Shown here: one piece after another, positions 27,169 to 31,162 of the stretch
Layout: every line of letters begins with the position of its first letter
Position numbering within the stretch: the first letter of the stretch is position 1
Program-made: the position numbers and the translations under genes
Notes under the pieces: generated by a model
Told to the model about the DNA's origin: nothing
The model's input: the letters and a program-made list of their open reading frames with translations, nothing else
Databases searched by the model: none
Source: Cytophagales bacterium
Lineage (GTDB): Bacteria; Bacteroidota; Bacteroidia; Cytophagales; JAAEPT01
Length of the DNA stretch: 31,162 bases
Assembly: GCA_024232295.1 (NCBI GenBank)
Contig: JAAEPT010000013.1
Coordinates: 1-31,162, forward strand
Direction: 5' to 3'

Positions 27169-28239
27169 ATGATGGAAGAGCAGTACAACATTCAAATTAA
27201 CAAAACTGAAAACTCACGAATTGGTGAGATCGATTTTAACAACTTAGCATTTGGTAGAACATTTTCTGACCATATGTTTGTTGTTGATTACGAAAATGGT
27301 GAGTGGGGAACTCCACAGATTATCCCTTTTCAAAATCTAAGTTTTAGTCCTGCTTTAATCTCTCTACATTATGGTCAAACAGTATTTGAGGGACTAAAAG
27401 CATTTAGAGATAAAGATGGAGTCGTCTCTGCATTTCGTCCAGAAGAACATGCTATCCGTATCAATAAATCAGCTGAAAGATTGTGTTTACCAACAATTCC
27501 AGAAGATTTATTCTTAGAAGGATTATACAAATTGTTAGAAGTTGATAACGAATGGGTTCCCAAACAAGAAGGATGTTCTTTGTATATTCGTCCTTTGTTA
27601 TTTGCTTCTGAAGAATTTTTGGGAGTAAGCCCTACTCCTTCTAAATGTAAATTCGTAATTTTTGCTTCTCCTGTAGGATCTTACTATTCTGGAGCAATCA
27701 AAGTATTAGTTGAAACAGAGTATGTACGTGCAGCAGAAGGTGGAATTGGTTTTGCAAAGGCAGGTGGTAATTATGCTGCTTCTTTGTTACCAACAAAACA
27801 AGCTGTAGAAAAAGGATACCAGCAACTACTTTGGACTGATGCCAAAGAACACAAATACATTGAAGAAGCAGGAACAATGAATATTATGTTCCAAATCGGA
27901 GATACATTAGTAACTCCGGCTACTAGTACTTCTATCCTTTCAGGAATCACACGAAAGAGTGTTGTTGCCTTAGCTAAAAAATGGGGCTACAAAATTGAAG
28001 AAAGAAAGGTAAGTGTAGATGAATTAGTAGAAGCTCATAAACAAGGTTTATTGAAAGATGCTTTCGGAACAGGTACAGCTGCTACAATCACACAAATTAG
28101 TCACATTGGTTACAATGGTGTAGATTATGAGTTACCTCCTGTAGAAGGAAGAGAATTTTCTAACAGAGCGAGTGATTATTTACAAAAATTAAAGGATGGT
28201 CAAGAAGAAGACTATATGAATTGGATGGTTAAATTATAA
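27169..28239 (+). CDS. ilvE: Branched-chain amino acid aminotransferase (class IV PLP enzyme)
   Basis: GQTVFEGLKAFR contains the catalytic Lys. EAGTMNIMF and the TPATSTSILSGITRKS PLP-phosphate loop are present. Confidence 0.9.
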   Translation: MMEEQYNIQINKTENSRIGEIDFNNLAFGRTFSDHMFVVDYENGEWGTPQIIPFQNLSFSPALISLHYGQTVFEGLKAFRDKDGVVSAFRPEEHAIRINKSAERLCLPTIPEDLFLEGLYKLLEVDNEWVPKQEGCSLYIRPLLFASEEFLGVSPTPSKCKFVIFASPVGSYYSGAIKVLVETEYVRAAEGGIGFAKAGGNYAASLLPTKQAVEKGYQQLLWTDAKEHKYIEEAGTMNIMFQIGDTLVTPATSTSILSGITRKSVVALAKKWGYKIEERKVSVDELVEAHKQGLLKDAFGTGTAATITQISHIGYNGVDYELPPVEGREFSNRASDYLQKLKDGQEEDYMNWMVKL

Positions 28240-28268
28240 CCTATAATCTCAATTTTAAACAAAAAAAT

Positions 28269-28305
28269 AAGGTAAATCTATCAGATAGATTTACCTTATT
28301 TTTTG
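28269..28305. terminator. Bidirectional terminator shared by convergent ilvE and the metallophosphoesterase gene (12-bp perfect stem AAGGTAAATCTA/TAGATTTACCTT, 4-nt loop, T-run)
   Basis: Inverted repeat 28269-28280 / 28285-28297, then ATTTTTTG. An A7 run lies on the other side. Confidence 0.7.
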
Positions 28306-29057
28306 CCTTTTATTTGATTCCATGATTGATAATTCCTACCCTCTTCTTCTGGATACAATTCCCTACAAGGAGTAGATTGAAAAATTTCTTTGCTATCCAA
28401 ATCAATCATAGATACTCTTCCTTTATAAGCAGCTTCAGTATCCATTAGCCAAATATTACCCCAATTTTGTGGTGTATTATAAACCTCTTCACTTTCTGAA
28501 AAACGCTGAACAGGTGTGTGTCCTACAAAAATCTCTTTCCAACGTGTTCCCCATTTCCAGTTCTCAATATTTTTAAAATAAAAAGCATCATATGCCATCT
28601 CTCTGGTCCAACAGAAATCTTCTGTAGCTACTTCTGATAAATTTATTTTAGGGTATTTTGCGACTGTAAAAGGTACACCTGCATGTGTAAATAAGCAATC
28701 ATCTTCTTCATGATAATAAACAGAATCTTGTAGAAATTGTAAATGCTCTTTTTTTATATTATTTCTACCTCCCAAAGAATTCATGGTTGCCCTTCCCCCA
28801 TGTTTTATCCATGTAAAAGTAGGAAATTCTTGCCTAGTATAGTACATCCAAGCCCATTCATCATGATTTCCTCTAATGACTACCTTATTTTTGATACGAG
28901 AAAGAAGATCAATACATTCAGCAACTTCACTCCAACCATCCACCACATCTCCCAACACAATCAATTTATCCTCAGATAAGTCAAATTGAACCTGTTGGAA
29001 AAGTTCTGTGATAGCTCGATAAGCTCCATGAATATCTCCAATAACAAACCTTCTCAT
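28296..29057 (-). CDS. Calcineurin-like metallophosphoesterase (Ser/Thr phosphatase / ApaH-like)
   Basis: The motifs are GDIHG, LGDVVDGWSE (GDxxDRG-like) and RGNHDEW (GNHE). Confidence 0.85.
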   Translation of the reverse strand: MRRFVIGDIHGAYRAITELFQQVQFDLSEDKLIVLGDVVDGWSEVAECIDLLSRIKNKVVIRGNHDEWAWMYYTRQEFPTFTWIKHGGRATMNSLGGRNNIKKEHLQFLQDSVYYHEEDDCLFTHAGVPFTVAKYPKINLSEVATEDFCWTREMAYDAFYFKNIENWKWGTRWKEIFVGHTPVQRFSESEEVYNTPQNWGNIWLMDTEAAYKGRVSMIDLDSKEIFQSTPCRELYPEEEGRNYQSWNQIKGKK

Positions 29058-29086
29058 ACAACAAAATTATAACAAAAAGTGAAAAT

Positions 29087-29122
29087 AAAAAAACCACAGA
29101 AGGACAATCCTTCTGTGGTTTT
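29087..29122 (-). terminator. Rho-independent terminator downstream of rpsA (CCACAGAAGG/CCTTCTGTGG 10-bp stem, 5-nt loop; U-run on minus strand)
   Basis: Perfect inverted repeat 29094-29103 / 29109-29118. On the minus strand the hairpin is followed by the 29087-29093 run of seven T (an A-run on the plus strand). Confidence 0.75.
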
Positions 29123-29152
29123 CAGTAATCCTACTAAGAGGTTTACAATGAA

Positions 29153-30913
29153 TTATTTATTATTCAATTGCTCTTTTAATTGAGCTAATGCATCTAAATC
29201 ACCTAAAGTAGATTTGTTTTCAGCAGTTGCTTTTTGAGCACCACCTTTCTTTCCACCTTTTTTCTTCTTCTCTTGAACCTCAGTATGAGTATGAGTATGA
29301 GATAAAACGATTCTTCTTTCGTTTTTCAAGAACTCTAATACTTGGAAGTCTAAGTTTTCACCTACACCAGCAGCTTGTCCATCAGCTTTCACTAAATGCT
29401 TAGTAGCAACGAATCCTTCTAATCCGTAAGGTAATTCTACTAATGCACCTCTATCGTTCTTGCTTGTAACAGTTGCAGAGTGAGAAGAACCGATCTCAAA
29501 TACAGTTTCGAAAGTATCCCAAGGATTCTCTTCTAACTGCTTATGACCTAATGCTAATTTCTTGTTATCAGCATCTAATTCTAATACAACAACTTCTAAC
29601 TCTTCGTTTACTTTCACGAATTCAGAAGGATGCTTCACTTTCTTAGACCAAGATAAGTCAGAAACGTGAACTAAACCATCAACTCCTTCTTCTAACTCGA
29701 TGAATAAACCGAAAGTAGTTAAGTTTCTTACTAATCCAGTGTGCTTAGAACCTACAGCGTACTTAGTTAATAAGTCTGCTTTCTTCCAAGGATCCTCAGT
29801 TAATTGCTTGATACCTAAAGACATTTTCTTATCTTCTCTATCAATTGTCAATACTTGAGCCTCTAACTCATCACCTACTTTCAAGAAATCTTGTGGATTT
29901 CTTAAGTGCTGAGACCAAGACATTTCAGAAACGTGGATTAATCCTTCTACACCTGGTTGTAATTCTAAGAATGCACCGTAGTCAGCTACGTTTACAATCT
30001 TACCTTTTACAGTAGAACCAATTTCGATAGTTTCAGGTAAAGTATCCCAAGGATGAGCAGTTAATTGCTTCATACCTAAAGAAATACGCTTCTTGTCATC
30101 ATCAAAATCAAGAACTACAACGTTTACTTTATCATCTAAGTTTAATACTTCTTCTGGGTGAGAAATACGTCCCCAAGAGATATCAGTGATATGCAATAAA
30201 CCATCAACACCACCTAAATCGATGAATACACCAAAGTTAGTCATGTTCTTGATAACACCTTCAAGTACTTGACCTTTCTCTAAGTTATTCAAGATTTCAG
30301 CTTTTTGCTTCTCAAGATCTTTCTCGATCAATACTTTATGAGAAACTACTACGTTATCGTTAGCATAGTTGATTTTCACAACCTTAACCTCCATCTTCTT
30401 ACCTACAAATACATCGAAGTCTCTGATAGGCTTAACGTCAATTTGAGAACCTGGTAAGAACGCCTCAATTCCGTAAACATCACAGATAAGACCACCTTTA
30501 GTTCTTCTCTTAACAAAACCTTCAATAACTGTATCCTCTTCGAATGCACCTTTGATATTTTCCCAAGCAGAAACGATTTTCGCCTTTCTTCTTGATAAAA
30601 TTAATTGACCTTGAGCATCTTCTTGGCTTTCTACATAAACCTCAACCTCATCACCAATTTCTAATTCTTTTTCTAAATCTCTGAATTCAGATCTAGCTAC
30701 TAAACCATCAGATTTAGAACCAATATTTAAGATAACGTCTTTGTTGTTGATACCAACAACGATACCTTTGATTACTTCTTTCTCTGCTACTTCATTAAGA
30801 GTTCCATCATATAATGCTGCTAACTCTTCTTTTTGTGCTGCTGAGTAATTTGATCCGAAACCACCTTCGTCAAAATTATCCCAATCAAATTCTTCAATAC
30901 CTGTATTAGACAT
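29153..30913 (-). CDS. rpsA: 30S ribosomal protein S1
   Basis: Six tandem S1 domains with recurring G..V.G.V....FG.FV.L..G..GL.H.S..SW motifs. A Lys/Gly-rich C-terminus is typical of Bacteroidetes S1. 586 aa. Confidence 0.95.
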   Translation of the reverse strand: MSNTGIEEFDWDNFDEGGFGSNYSAAQKEELAALYDGTLNEVAEKEVIKGIVVGINNKDVILNIGSKSDGLVARSEFRDLEKELEIGDEVEVYVESQEDAQGQLILSRRKAKIVSAWENIKGAFEEDTVIEGFVKRRTKGGLICDVYGIEAFLPGSQIDVKPIRDFDVFVGKKMEVKVVKINYANDNVVVSHKVLIEKDLEKQKAEILNNLEKGQVLEGVIKNMTNFGVFIDLGGVDGLLHITDISWGRISHPEEVLNLDDKVNVVVLDFDDDKKRISLGMKQLTAHPWDTLPETIEIGSTVKGKIVNVADYGAFLELQPGVEGLIHVSEMSWSQHLRNPQDFLKVGDELEAQVLTIDREDKKMSLGIKQLTEDPWKKADLLTKYAVGSKHTGLVRNLTTFGLFIELEEGVDGLVHVSDLSWSKKVKHPSEFVKVNEELEVVVLELDADNKKLALGHKQLEENPWDTFETVFEIGSSHSATVTSKNDRGALVELPYGLEGFVATKHLVKADGQAAGVGENLDFQVLEFLKNERRIVLSHTHTHTEVQEKKKKGGKKGGAQKATAENKSTLGDLDALAQLKEQLNNK

Positions 30914-31070
30914 ACAAATAAAATTTTAATACATGAATACTTCACTTGTATTTACTATAAAAGTGAACCATTCAAATTTAGTTAAACATAATACCATGAA
31001 AGTAAACATGATACCCCTTTCACTTGAAAGGTTTGCAAAGATAAGCCTTTTATTTTTTAGATAAAAAAAA

Positions 31071-31101
31071 CCCTATAAAAAAATCATTTTATAGGGTTTT
31101 T
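31071..31101 (+). terminator. Terminator-like hairpin (CCCTATAAAA/TTTTATAGGG, 6-nt loop, T5) at the right edge; probably ends an upstream gene outside the window
   Basis: Perfect 10-bp inverted repeat 31071-31080 / 31087-31096, followed by TTTTT. An A8 run precedes it. Confidence 0.55.
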
Positions 31102-31162
31102 CGTTAAAATGTATCAGAATTGACTCTTTTTCTGAAGAATAATTACTTTTTCTCCTCTCTTA

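Overview
AT-rich bacterial chromosomal window with Bacteroidetes-like features (TAnnTTTG-type -7 boxes, no Shine-Dalgarno, Tat/lipoprotein signals); 25 protein-coding genes, no rRNA/tRNA/CRISPR seen. The edges are housekeeping: a SPOR-domain MurNAc-L-Ala amidase, a SAM-dependent methyltransferase and a K+ channel on the left; an RluA pseudouridine synthase, ilvE, a metallophosphoesterase and rpsA on the right. The central ~21 kb (4.4-25.2 kb) looks like one unusual membrane-associated island in two parts. (i) A polyamine module: three paralogous ~510-aa proteins, each a multi-TM N-terminal domain fused to a spermidine-synthase (aminopropyltransferase) domain. Two of them sit in a duplicated three-gene cassette (small M-x-F-F-D/E protein, then a Tyr/Ser/Gly/Arg-rich tailed secreted or lipoprotein, then membrane SpeE). 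Also present are a pyruvoyl-type S-adenosylmethionine decarboxylase (speH), a Tat-signal FAD oxidoreductase of the amine-oxidase type and a polytopic membrane protein. (ii) A PspA/IM30-centred module: a YjfI-like small protein, a PspA/YjfJ-like coiled-coil protein, an NfeD/YqiJ-like membrane protein, a 721-aa flotillin (SPFH) and a giant 1822-aa coiled-coil protein carrying a MoxR/AAA_5-like AAA+ ATPase domain. The module is preceded divergently by an XRE-HTH regulator with an S24 (LexA-like) C-terminal domain. Several clear rho-independent terminators and a degenerate ~115-135 bp tandem repeat at the left edge are also visible.
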